From: Chara braunii
Taxonomy: Eukaryota > Plantae > Charophyceae
DNA: 64,000 bases
Assembly: GCA_003427395.1 (NCBI GenBank)
Contig: BFEA01000013.1
Span: forward strand, 1,159,891-1,223,890
Reading direction: 5' to 3'
Positions 52,868 to 64,000 of this stretch are shown here, in pieces (the stretch's first letter is position 1; each line of letters begins with the position of its first letter). Below the pieces are notes generated by a model. The model had not been told where the DNA came from. It saw only the letters and a list, made by a program, of their open reading frames with translations, and ran no database searches. The translations under genes and the position numbers were made by a program.

Positions 52868-53597
52868 TGTGGAGAGGAGACGAAGGAGAGGCGAATATAA
52901 GAGTCACACAAAGCATACATACCGAAAACAGAAGACAAAATCACACGACAGGATAGCAAGAAGATGGAAACGACACACAAAATGTACTTGTGACAGTTAG
53001 GACCGAGCAATGGAGTCGGATTTTGAAATGGGTACATTGTGGGTGGAGGAGCCACCGAACAACGGTCACCGTTTTTGTTTGCAGAATGTTCAAATGCAGG
53101 TGCGCATTTGTACAACTCCAACATGTGAGGGTTCTCGCATAAGAATGAAGCGTTAAAAAACGAGGGGAAAAAAGGGGGGGGGAACCCATGATTGATCATA
53201 ATATTTTATTTTATTTTTCCATTTTGTGTGTTTGGCGTTCTTTGTGGACATTGAAAGGCAGGTTTCCATTGCAACAAGTGAGCCATGTGTTATAAGAAAG
53301 AATGGAGGGCATAACTATGCAAAAAATGAGGGGGGGAAAGACTGTAGGGTGTAAAGGGAAAAAAAAAAAAAAAAGGAGCTGCATTTTGATGTGTCGCGAA
53401 ATGTTCAAACACAGGTGTGCAAGGGGGAAAAAAGAAAAAGAAAAAGGGAGGTGCACTCGGGCGTGTCGGAGAATGTTCGAACAGAGGGCTGTCATCCATC
53501 GCGCCATCAGAACGTTTAACACAGAGCCGTGAAAATTTTACGTACATAGTTCATGTCCCAAAGCCTTCTGAATGACCTCCGTCTCTCTCTCTGTTTT

Positions 53598-53679
<82 letters not shown>

Positions 53680-53999
53680 TGTCTGTGTTGTCATGTTCGC
53701 TATACACAACACGAAAAAAGCATCACTGTGTCTCTCTCTTTCTCTCTCTATCTCTCTCTCTCTCCATCTATGTGCCTATCTATGTGTGCGGAAAATTTCG
53801 ATCACTGGGTCCCATCAGCCGGTGCGACAACCACAATCGTTGTCTGGGATCCTCTCACAACCTCCTCGTTCTTGCCTCCCCCGACTTCACTCCCTCGACT
53901 TCCCTCCCCTAACTTGTTTGCCCCGTTCCCTTCCGCGATTTCCTTCCCTTCACTTCCTTCCGGTGGTTCGTGGCTTGCAATCAAAGTTGTCCCCCAAAG

Positions 54000-54039
<40 letters not shown>

Positions 54040-54557
54040 TAATCAATTAATTAGTCAATTAATCAATCAAACAATCAATTAGTCAATCAACCAACCAAAC
54101 AATCAAGTAATCCCGACTTCCGTCTCCGTCCCAACTTTGCTCCCCATCCCAACTTCACTCGTGATCCCGATTTCCATCCCCATCCCGACTTCCCTCCCCA
54201 TCCCGACCTCCTTCCCCATCCCGACCTCTTTCCCTATCCTTCCTCTGATCTGGACTTCTCTCTTTCGATCCTGACTTCCCCCCTCCTCGCCATCCAGACT
54301 TCCATCGCCATCCGATTGAGAGAGAGAGAGAGAGAGAGAGAGAGGAGGGGGGGGGGGGACAGAGAGAGAGAGAAATCCTTCGATTTATTTCTTCGTCGAG
54401 CCCTCTGTTTGCTTTAGTTGTATAGAGATAGAGGTCAACTGTTCATGGGTGAACCATTCAGCCACATGGATTGCGTATGTGTTTTTTTCCATTTTCATAC
54501 ATACACAAAACGAAATCGGGGAATTCTCCCTTTCTCTGTCTCTGTCTCTCTCTCTCT

Positions 54558-54613
<56 letters not shown>

Positions 54614-54766
54614 GCCCATGGCCGTCTTGTAACTATCATAGATGATCTCTCTCTCTCCCTCCCTCTGTGTGTGAGTGTGTGTGTGTGTGTGGCCGTCTCG
54701 TGAATATCATATATCACCTCTCTCTCTCTCAACCGCCCATGGCCGTCTCGTGACTATCATATGTCA

Positions 54767-54879
<113 letters not shown>

Positions 54880-55034
54880 CCATTATCATGATTATTCGTC
54901 GGCGCAGCACGTGCCGGGGGAAGGGTCACAGTCCGAGGACGGAGTGTCGAGTGTGCACCGAATGATCAGAGAGAGAGAGAGAGAGAGAGAAGACAAACAG
55001 AGGGCAATTCCAAATGCTCGAGATAACACGCTAT

Positions 55035-55090
<56 letters not shown>

Positions 55091-55268
55091 GACAACGCAT
55101 CTCGATCGGTCATCGCCATTTATTTCTTCGTCGGGCCCTCTGTTTGCTTTAGTTGTATATATATAGAGGTGAACTGTTCATGGGTGAACCATTCAGCCAC
55201 AGGGGCAATGTATGTGTTTTTTTCCATTTTCATACATACAAGACAATAAATCGGGGAATTTCTTTCTT

Positions 55269-55341
<73 letters not shown>

Positions 55342-55814
55342 NNNNNNNNNNNNNNNNNNNNNNNNNNNNNNNNNNNNNNNNNNNNNNNNNNNNNNNNNNN
55401 NNNNNNNNNNNNNNNNNNNNNNNNNNNNNNNNNNNNNNNNNNNNNNNNNNNNNNNNNNNNNNNNNNNNNNNNNNNNNNNNNNNNNNNNNNNNNNNNNNNN
55501 NNNNNNNNNNNNNNNNNNNNNNNNNNNNNNNNNNNNNNNNNNNNNNNNNNNNNNNNNNNNNNNNNNNNNNNNNNNNNNNNNNNNNNNNNNNNNNNNNNNN
55601 NNNNNNNNNNNNNNNNNNNNNNNNNNNNNNNNNNNNNNNNNNNNNNNNNNNNNNNNNNNNNNNNNNNNNNNNNNNNNNNNNNNNNNNNNNNNNNNNNNNN
55701 NNNNNNNNNNNNNNNNNNNNNNNNNNNNNNNNNNNNNNNNNNNNNNNNNNNNNNNNNNNNNNNNNNNNNNNNNNNNNNNNNNNNNNNNNNNNNNNNNNNN
55801 NNNNNNNNNNNNTC

Positions 55815-55879
<65 letters not shown>

Positions 55880-56079
55880 CATTCGGTGCACACTCCACAT
55901 TATGTCCTTAGAATGAGACCCTTCCCCCGGCACGTGCTTCGCCGATGAATAATCACGATAATGGAGAGAGAGAGAGAGGACAACGCACTTCGATCATCGC
56001 CACTAATTTCACCCGCCTCTGATTAACAATACGTCGTCACTCGCCTTTGGCATCTCGCACTTCGCACGTGCACGACGGG

Positions 56080-57065
56080 CACGTTCAACCCGCGTCCTCT
56101 TCCCGTTGCACACGGTCCCGTCGCACGTGTGCAGCAACCTCACGTTCTGCCGGTCTGCTGTGTGCGCGCACGGTGCACAACACGTCCAACCCGCGTCCTC
56201 TTCCCGTCGCTCACGATCCTGTCGCACATGCACAACGACCTCACGTTCTGCCGATCTGCTGTGTGCACGCGCGGTGCACAGCAAGCTCGTCTTCTCCCAG
56301 AGACACTTCCTCTCCTCTTTGCAGCACTGCGCGCCCTTCTTATACGCACGTGCACATCAGCCTCCTCCTCCCTCTCCGCCCCACCCAACGACTCTTTGTC
56401 AACCTTCTAGTATTAGCCAATTTAGTACATCAATACATCTTTCTATGCTGATACCCATCTTTCTGATGTTTACTAGCTTTTTGTTGTTAACTTGATTTTT
56501 CTTCTGATAGAAACACGACAGTTTATCCTATTTTTTTATAGTTCTTCAATCAAAAACCGGTTGAGTCATTGTTGTGTGCGCGAGTGGTGCACAACACGTT
56601 CAACCCACGTCCTCTTCCCGTTGCCCACAATCCAGTCACACGTGCGCAGCAACCTCACGTTTTGCCGATCTGTTGTGTGCGCACCGGATCCACAGTCCAA
56701 CCCGTGTCCTCTTCCCGTTGCACACGGTCCCGTCGCACGTGCGCAGCAACCTCACGTTCTGCTGATCTGCTGTGTGCGCACGCGTTTTTTTACTACTGTT
56801 TTAAATCCACCTTTGGTTGGTTTTCCCCAAGGAGAAACGGACCTTCGGTGTCCTTTTGTACGTCCTTCTCCTCCTCCATGAGGATGGTCTACAGGAATCA
56901 TAGCAACACCACGAACAACGGGTCGTCTTCCTAACCATCTACTTTGCCCTGCTTTCCTAAAATTACGCTTACCAGAGGCACTTCCTGTCCTCGTTGCACC
57001 ATTGCGCGCCCTTCTTATACGCATGTGCACATCACCCCCCTCCTCCCTGTCCGCCCCGCCCCGCC
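56080..57065. repeat. Duplicated block of ~100-bp tandem units
   Basis: CAACCCGCGTCCTCTTCCCGTTGCACACGGTCCCGTCGCACGTG...CTCACGTTCTG occurs four times, plus a shared tail twice. Confidence 0.85.
56782..56973 (-). pseudogene. rpl2: Mitochondrial-type ribosomal protein L2 C-terminal fragment (NUMT)
   Basis: [59 protein letters not shown]. Confidence 0.9.
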
Positions 57066-58320
57066 CCGCCCCGCCCACCACTTGTTTCTCGTGGCCCTCT
57101 CCTTCATCCGTCTGACATAGCCATGCATCGACTCGTCACCCCCAGCTTCACGACAACACCCCACTGCTTCAATTTTTCATTGCGCAAGTAGGCCTCCCCC
57201 CCCTTCCCGACTGTCACCTGTGCGCCTGCACATCTGCCTCGCTTTTGCCCGCTTCGAATTTTCGTTCGTGCGTCGGCCTGCCCCCCTGCCTCGATTTTGT
57301 GAAGTCAAGGGGTTTGACTTTGACGGCTGCCACGGACTTCAACATCCAAGTATAAAAATTAACAAGCAAAATGACTCAGTAAATAAACAGGCATCACAAC
57401 ACCCATGTTAAATCATAACTCGAGATAAAACAAAAGAGGGGAAGATAAACCCATGAGGGATAAAACAAAAGAGGCAGGTATGTCGATTGTGCAATATGTG
57501 GTTGTCATTCTCACTGCCTTCAAAGTAAGGCTCATACACAAGCTCCAGAACACTTAACCTGCATAGGACACAGGCACATACGAGAGCCACATTGGCATAA
57601 ACCAATGCGGTCAATTTTACCTCACACACTCAAGCCCCGACCATAAAAACCCATCAATTCTTTATAATGGCCATTAAAAGAAGTCTGGTTAAAACCCTCA
57701 AAGAAACATATCTTGAATAACTCTTCAAAACTAGAAAAACTTTGGCAACACTTCCCGTAGGAAAAGTGCCTTTTCAAAATTTATATAAGGCTAAATATAA
57801 AACTCAGAAATAACTTTGACTTCACAAAGTCGAATTTTGTCTAACTTCCTGATTTAGTATTTGGGCAGCACCTCCCCTAGAAAAGTAGGCTTCCCATATT
57901 TTAACTAGGCCAGTTATAAAACTTAGGCAAAAGTTGAACTTTAAAAGATCAAAATTTGACTAACTCCTTGGTTTTGTAGAAATTTCGGCAACGCTTTCCG
58001 TAAGAAAGTAACTTTCCAAAATTTATACAGAGCCTAGTAAAATAAATTATCCCAAGAAATGCGAGAATTTGAACCAAGTAAAGTAACTCAGAAAATGTAG
58101 GAATTGAACTAACTACTACAGCTCCAACATGTGGTGAGCACTGACAGACTACGTATCAAAACTGAACTCGGAATTATGCAAAGTACTTACTCAGTCTCAG
58201 GCAAGCCATACCACAATGGTAAGTACTCTCACCCAGCCCAATGTCAAACCTTGTCAACAGTAGTTCATAGTCCCTCGATGATTTATCCCTTTTTACCCAA
58301 CTTACATAAGGCATAGAGCT

Positions 58321-59945
58321 AGACCATTCAACTTAAAATCAAAGTTTAGCTTTGCCATTGATTATAGGCAAACACAGGGCACTACTACTATTCTCTTCTT
58401 TGGGCATGTAACTATGCGAACAAAGCCTCGTTGCCATGAGCTGTTTAAATAGCCAAGTTATATATACTTTTATGCTCTAGTCTTGTAGGTAGCACAAAAC
58501 TGAACCATTCAACTTAGAAACAAAGTTCAACTTGCCCCATCTTACCACCAATTAAAGTTCATCCTGCCCCATCTTACCACCAATTAATATTCTTAATTAA
58601 TAGTAATTAATACTCTCTTTATTATGATAAGCTATAGTCAGACCATTCAACTTAGAAACAAAGTCTGACTAGCCTGTTTGTAAGTAAAACAATAATAAAG
58701 TATAGATAAAACTATTCTTTGGTTCCAACATATGCGTGGCTCCTGCAATCAGACTTGTTCTCAAACACACTTTTCATGCATGTAAACAGCAACGCAGCAT
58801 ACTGGCGAAATGCGCCCACTCAAAACTTAGATGTATGGCTATTGGCTATGGCGACTTTAGCGCCCAAACATCTCACTGTTCACATACACTGGATCACCCT
58901 GGATATCCCACACGCATCACTCTAACACTCGAACACACACACACACTCACTACTAACTACAGCTATGGCAGCTNTCGCTGCATCTANCCTATCGCTANNC
59001 TAACTCCCTCTCTCTNGCCCACTGCGTCCTCCGGGCTCATCTGCAGACCTCCTTGCACAAGTCGCTGTGGCAGCGCTTCCGCATGGATCACGCTGGAATG
59101 AATGAATGGTTGGGCGCTGCCTCTTGATTTATGCTTCAGAAACTCGTTGGTCTGCCCTTTGCCATCGGCCCTTGGTGCTTACAGTCCCCCTGTGGTACTT
59201 GCTGGAACGAACTGGGATTGACTGGACCTTCCGTTGACTGACTGTGGACTCACCGCTATCCTACCGCCGTTGCACTGCTGTTGCACTGCGGTTTAGTCCA
59301 CCACTTGCCTCACCACTTGACCACTTGCCCACTTGCCTACCTTCTAGAAGGTCTACAGCTAAGCTTCCAGAACTCACTAAGACTCCTACGCTATAGACCT
59401 ACAGATCGAACCCCTGTTGTCTATGGACCTATGACAAGTCTACCATCTGCCTACGAATACACAGGTCGCAGGTTCAATTCTCGGGGTCTACACAGATACT
59501 GTGCATGGGTAGGGTGAGGTCTAGGGATCGAACCCTGGGTACTGCATCCGCTACTGCTAAAAGGTGAAAACCGTTTCACTCCAGACCAAACCATTCAACT
59601 TAGAAACAAAGTCTGGTCCTTCGCCTGATCTCCCTCGGAATAAACAAAAAGAAGTTTGAGTCATTCAACTTAGAAACAAAGCTCGAACTCCTTTTTTCAG
59701 AAACAATAAAGAAACATCACAAACCCCAAAATAAACCAAGGCGAACAAGCCAGTCAACTTAGAAACAAAGCTTGGTCCCTGAAAATGCATTCACAGGTAG
59801 CCCTCGCAAGTCAAAATAAAGTCCGGTCCTTCAGGCAGTCAAAATAATCATTGCACTGGAACATCCAACTTAGGAAGAAAGTCCGGTCCTCCAGCCAATC
59901 AAAATAAACATAGCACTGGACCATTCAACTTAGAAACAAAGCCCA
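58321..59945. repeat. Spaced array of 21-bp direct repeats CCATTCAACTTAGAAACAAAG in G4
   Basis: Copies at ~58324, 58505, 58643, 59591, 59661, 59750, 59861 and 59921; the array is split by the solo LTR. Confidence 0.85.
58744..59578 (-). mobile_element. Solo LTR of the A family, 4-bp TSD CTCC
   Basis: CTCC|TGCAA...GGTGAAAACCGTTTCA|CTCC. The empty site GTGGCTCCAGACC is seen in homolog G1 (reverse complement of 6588-6600). Confidence 0.88.
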
Positions 59946-62410
59946 ACCTTTGGTTGACCCAGTCAATCTCAAGCAAGACCACCTTTCTCTCGCCTTCCCC
60001 CCAATTCAAGACCTTTTCTCAAGCTGAATTCAGACAATTAACAAAGATGAAACTGAGATTGCACATGCATTCCTTTACTTGACTCTGATTCAAGTTCAAA
60101 AGGTCAAACATAAAATCAATAGGGATGCATACAGTATACTCAGTCAATTCATAGAAAAATGTACAAGAAAGGGTTTTAGCTGGGTTTATAGAAGGAGATG
60201 AAGATTACTACTCAGTTCCCTGCCTCCATAACCTTGCCTAGGTTTCGACAGAGCTCCCGGAATTGGTGGGGCGAACCTCCCACAAAGGCCTTGGCACGGA
60301 TTACGGGTTGCAATCCCGCCTGCCGCCCTCCTCTCAGAACCAATAGACTAGACAGAGAGTAAGAAGGGCAGAAGGAGAAATATTCAGTCGCTCAGATTCA
60401 AGAGGGGTGCACTCAGACTTGCGCGAGAGGGCCTTGTTTCCTTCAGTCGCCTAAGGGCCCTGCAATAAACGCAGTAAAAAGGCCAAACTGAAGTCTAGAT
60501 GCGGAGTAAAGATATCCTGATGATCCTCCCAAGTCAAAATGGTGACCCCCTCCCCTTTGTTGAGCTTAATCACCCGTCTACAGCCACGGTGCCTCCTCTT
60601 CTGACCGAACTACAGCTACGCCGTCTAAGAAGACTCCATTCAAATATAGCACACTTTTCTGCGCACTATTATAAGAAAGCATAACGTGCCCGACAGTTGT
60701 GCCGCACCAACAAGGCACCACACAATGCCACTCACAGCAAAAGGCGCTGTAAAAGCCGACCTCGCAACAACCAGGATATTAGTAGTAACCTAGTGAAAGC
60801 GCAACCCATGGTTCAGAATGTACCAGGTGGAGTTGCTTTAGTAGAGGGGGGATAACAAGCACTGTTCTGGACCTGGCAACACAATGTCAGCTGCGAGCTA
60901 CAACATGCAGCAGTTGCCTCTCTGCGAAAGGGCAGTGAGCTGGTTCCACACACCACTAGTCCGATTCGTGCAAGGAAGAAGTTGCAAGCCCGCGGGCTAC
61001 CACGAATCAACAGCCCCTTTCGCAACTTGCAAACCCATAGCGCCACAGCACTCCTGATCCCGAAGACAGTACCGGTAGCGATTATGTAGCAGTAGCTCGC
61101 AATTCTGTAATCACAGAGGACAGCAAGCAGTTGTAGTAGTCCCCGTTCAAGTAGCAATGGTAACCGCTACTGTAGCAGCATAGGGGCAATATGCTATAGT
61201 CCGAGCAAGTTGGCAGCATAGCGGACAATTGTCGTTTAAACAAAAACTATTAGGAAAATAGAAAAAGCGTTGCTGCTTAACAGTTGTCCAACAATCTCCC
61301 GCCTCTGCTGAGACAATAACAAAATGAGAACGAATCTCTCGTGGTCGGATGCACTACCCTGGCAGAATTCCCTGTTGTGCTAGCTCCGACAGGCGCGCCC
61401 ACACTCGGTTCATCCCGCATCTGCAATCCAACTAACCAAGTATGCGCTCCTCCCTCTCTTTCCCTCTCTCTGTCTCTCATGCATGTGCGTCATTGCACAC
61501 TTGTCCAACAATCTCCCGCCTCTGCTGAGACAGTAACAAAAAGAGAACGAATCTCTCATGGTCGGATGCATTACCCTGCTTCTTCCCCCCCTTCTTCCCC
61601 CCCTTCTTCTTCCCCTTCTTCCTCCCCTTGTTCTTCCACTTCTTCCTCCCCTCCTAGCCAACACAATTTCTTCTTCTTCTTCTTCTTCTTCTTCTTCTTC
61701 TGGCTTCTTCTTGCTTCTTCTTGCTTCTTGCTTCTTGCTTCTTCTTGCTTCTTCTTGCTTCTTCTTCCCCTTCCCCTTCTTCCCCTTCTTATTCTTCCCC
61801 TTCCCCTTCTTCCCCTTCTCCCCCCTTCNNNNNNNNNNNNNNNNNNNNNNNNNNNNNNNNNNNNNNNNNNNNNNNNNNNNNNNNNNNNNNNNNNNNNNNN
61901 NNNNNNNNNNNNNNNNNNNNNNNNNNNNNNNNNNNNNNNNNNNNNNNNNNNNNNNNNNNNNNNNNNNNNNNNNNNNNNNNNNNNNNNNNNNNNNNNNNNN
62001 NNNNNNNNNNNNNNNNNNNNNNNNNNNNNNNNNNNNNNNNNNNNNNNNNNNNNNNNNNNNNNNNNNNNNNNNNNNNNNNNNNNNNNNNNNNNNNNNNNNN
62101 NNNNNNNNNNNNNNNNNNNNNNNNNNNNNNNNNNNNNNNNNNNNNNNNNNNNNNNNNNNNNNNNNNNNNNNNNNNNNNNNNNNNNNNNNNNNNNNNNNNN
62201 NNNNNNNNNNNNNNNNNNNNNNNNNNNNNNNNNNNNNNNNNNNNNNNNNNNNNNNNNNNNNNNNNNNNNNNNNNNNNNNNNNNNNNNNNNNNNNNNNNNN
62301 NNNNNNNNNNNNNNNNNNNNNNNNNNNNNNNNNNNNNNNNNNNNNNNNNNNNNNNNNNNNNNNNNNNNNNNNNNNNNNNNNNNNNNNNNNNNNNNNNNNN
62401 NNNNNNNNNN

Positions 62411-64000
62411 CCTCCCGAGTGCATACCAAAGTTAGATGGCCTTCCGATCTTCTGCGATGCAGCGAAGACCGAGCCTATTACTTGGTGGTGCTAGTTTGAA
62501 CTAATATTGGACATCCACAAGACCAGTGACCCCAACCGACACGCGTATTTATATCACCGGACGGGGGGCGCATGCCAAGCGTGTCAGGATAATATGCTGA
62601 CCACGCACAAGGTCACAGTGTTCGAGCTGCACACGAAGATCAGTTGTAAGGATCTCAAGGCAGCATGGCACAAGCGGTTCCAAGTGGAGCCGCCCGAGCT
62701 TCAGGCAATGGAGGGCAAGAGTTGGAGTACGTGGGCCATTTTGTCACACCGGAGGGCAAGAGTTAAGCCGTCCAATAGTGGCCGGAGCCGAAGAACGTTA
62801 CGGATGTTTGTTCGTTTCTTGGTCTAGCCGGCTACTATCAACGCTTCATCAAAGGCTATTCGAAGATCGCTGCCAATTTGACCAACCTTCAATGCAAGGA
62901 TCGGACGTTCAACTTCGGTGACGATGCGCGGGCTTCCTTTTTGGCCCTCAATCCCGCCTTGCTATCCGCGAAGGTTTTACACATCTACGACTCACTCTTG
63001 CTGACGTGCGTCACTACCAATGCGCTTGGCTATGACACTTGGGCCGTCCTTGAGCAACACGATGGCGTGGACTGGCACCTGGTCGAATACTTCAATAAGA
63101 AAGTGCCCGTCGTGCATTCTATTGACGACGCACAAAAGGAGTTATTAGCCTTTGTACACGCACTTAAGCGGTGGCGGCAGTTTCTTCTCGATCGAAATCA
63201 ATTCCGACGGGTAACAGATAACAATCGGTTGGTCTTCTACAAGATCCAAGACACGGTCAATAGCACCATCGCCCGTTGGATGGCTTTCATCGACCAGTTT
63301 GGGTTCTTCCCCGATCACATTTCGGTTAAGTCAAACCATTTTGCGGACGCTCTTTCACGGCGTCCGGACCTTTGTACCGCGGTGTGCTCAACGTTCGAGA
63401 TTGACGACGACTTGCGGGACAGCTTCATCCACGGCTCCCAAGTTGACCCCGAGTTTGGCAAGTACGCGAATTGCTCCTCTCCAAATTCGGCGCCATCGCA
63501 TTATCGGTTCGAATAGGCGTATTTGGTAGTCCACTCCCGGGGGAAGGGTCTTCTTTGCATGCCAAGTGATCCACACTTGTGTACGTGGCTGCTTGGCGAG
63601 TTCCACAACAGTCCCGCGACTAGACACTTTGAAGTCAATCGTATAATTGGCCGACTTCGCGAGCGCTTTTGGTGGCCCGACCTTCTCGGTGACGTCACAC
63701 TCTATTGCGACTCATGCGAGGTTCAACCATCATCCGTTCGGGGAGCTGAGCCCATTACCGGTCCCCTTAAGTCGAAGGAAAGCTATTGCAATGGACATCA
63801 TTGCGCCATTCCCCAAGCACAAGATTAGTGTGGATGGGATTCTCAGTGTGATAGATCGATTCACCAAGTTCACCATGCTTTTGCCTTGTCGCAACCACGC
63901 CAAGGCACCAAAGTTGGCCGAGGTTCTTTACGCCGGTTGGATTCATACCAAGGGTTACCCCAAGGAGATCGTTTGCGACCACGACACTCGGTTCATATCC
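62411..64000 (+). pseudogene. Internally deleted B-family Gypsy: gag fragment fused to RT end/RNase H/integrase
   Basis: 62411-62712 is gag-like (ELHTKISCKDLKAAWHKRFQVEPPE). From 62715 onward it is collinear with B pol from ~36365. Confidence 0.85.

Noticed and set aside
56752-57081. Functional nuclear-transferred rpl2 gene
   Set aside because: Only ~60 C-terminal codons are present, with the conserved AMNP changed to AMIP; the rest of the ORF is repeat sequence.
58321-59945. CRISPR-like appearance of spaced direct repeats
   Set aside because: Eukaryotic TE context, irregular spacer lengths, spacers orthologous between element copies, and no cas genes.

Overview
Repeat-saturated eukaryotic genomic window with many N gaps. 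The retroelement style and giant introns suggest a charophyte alga such as Chara; this is inference. The only host gene I can support is on the + strand: four short phase-0 GT-AG exons (25446-25655, 41520-41576, 43740-43787, 45475-45591) that splice into a kinesin-4 (KIF7/KIF27/KIF4/FRA1-like) coiled-coil stalk. Everything else appears intronic and is filled with nested elements. These are: a decayed minus-strand chromodomain Ty3/Gypsy (A), a plus-strand chromodomain Gypsy with both LTRs and a GCACT TSD (B, 26513-40097), a deleted B-family copy at the window end, a solo LTR, a decayed Helitron region containing a mitochondrial-type rpl2 fragment, TTAA- and hAT-type MITEs, and four copies of a 6.5-8 kb family starting TGTCGAGCGCATCGG and ending CCGACA, whose start-side flanks are all CG-centred 4-mers. 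The most unusual object is copy G2 (6956-14876, TSD TCGG). It is non-coding, has a ~2.7 kb tandem duplication, and carries a type III hammerhead ribozyme, decayed LSU rRNA peptidyl-transferase-centre fragments, B-box/tRNA-like motifs and stem-conserved hairpins.
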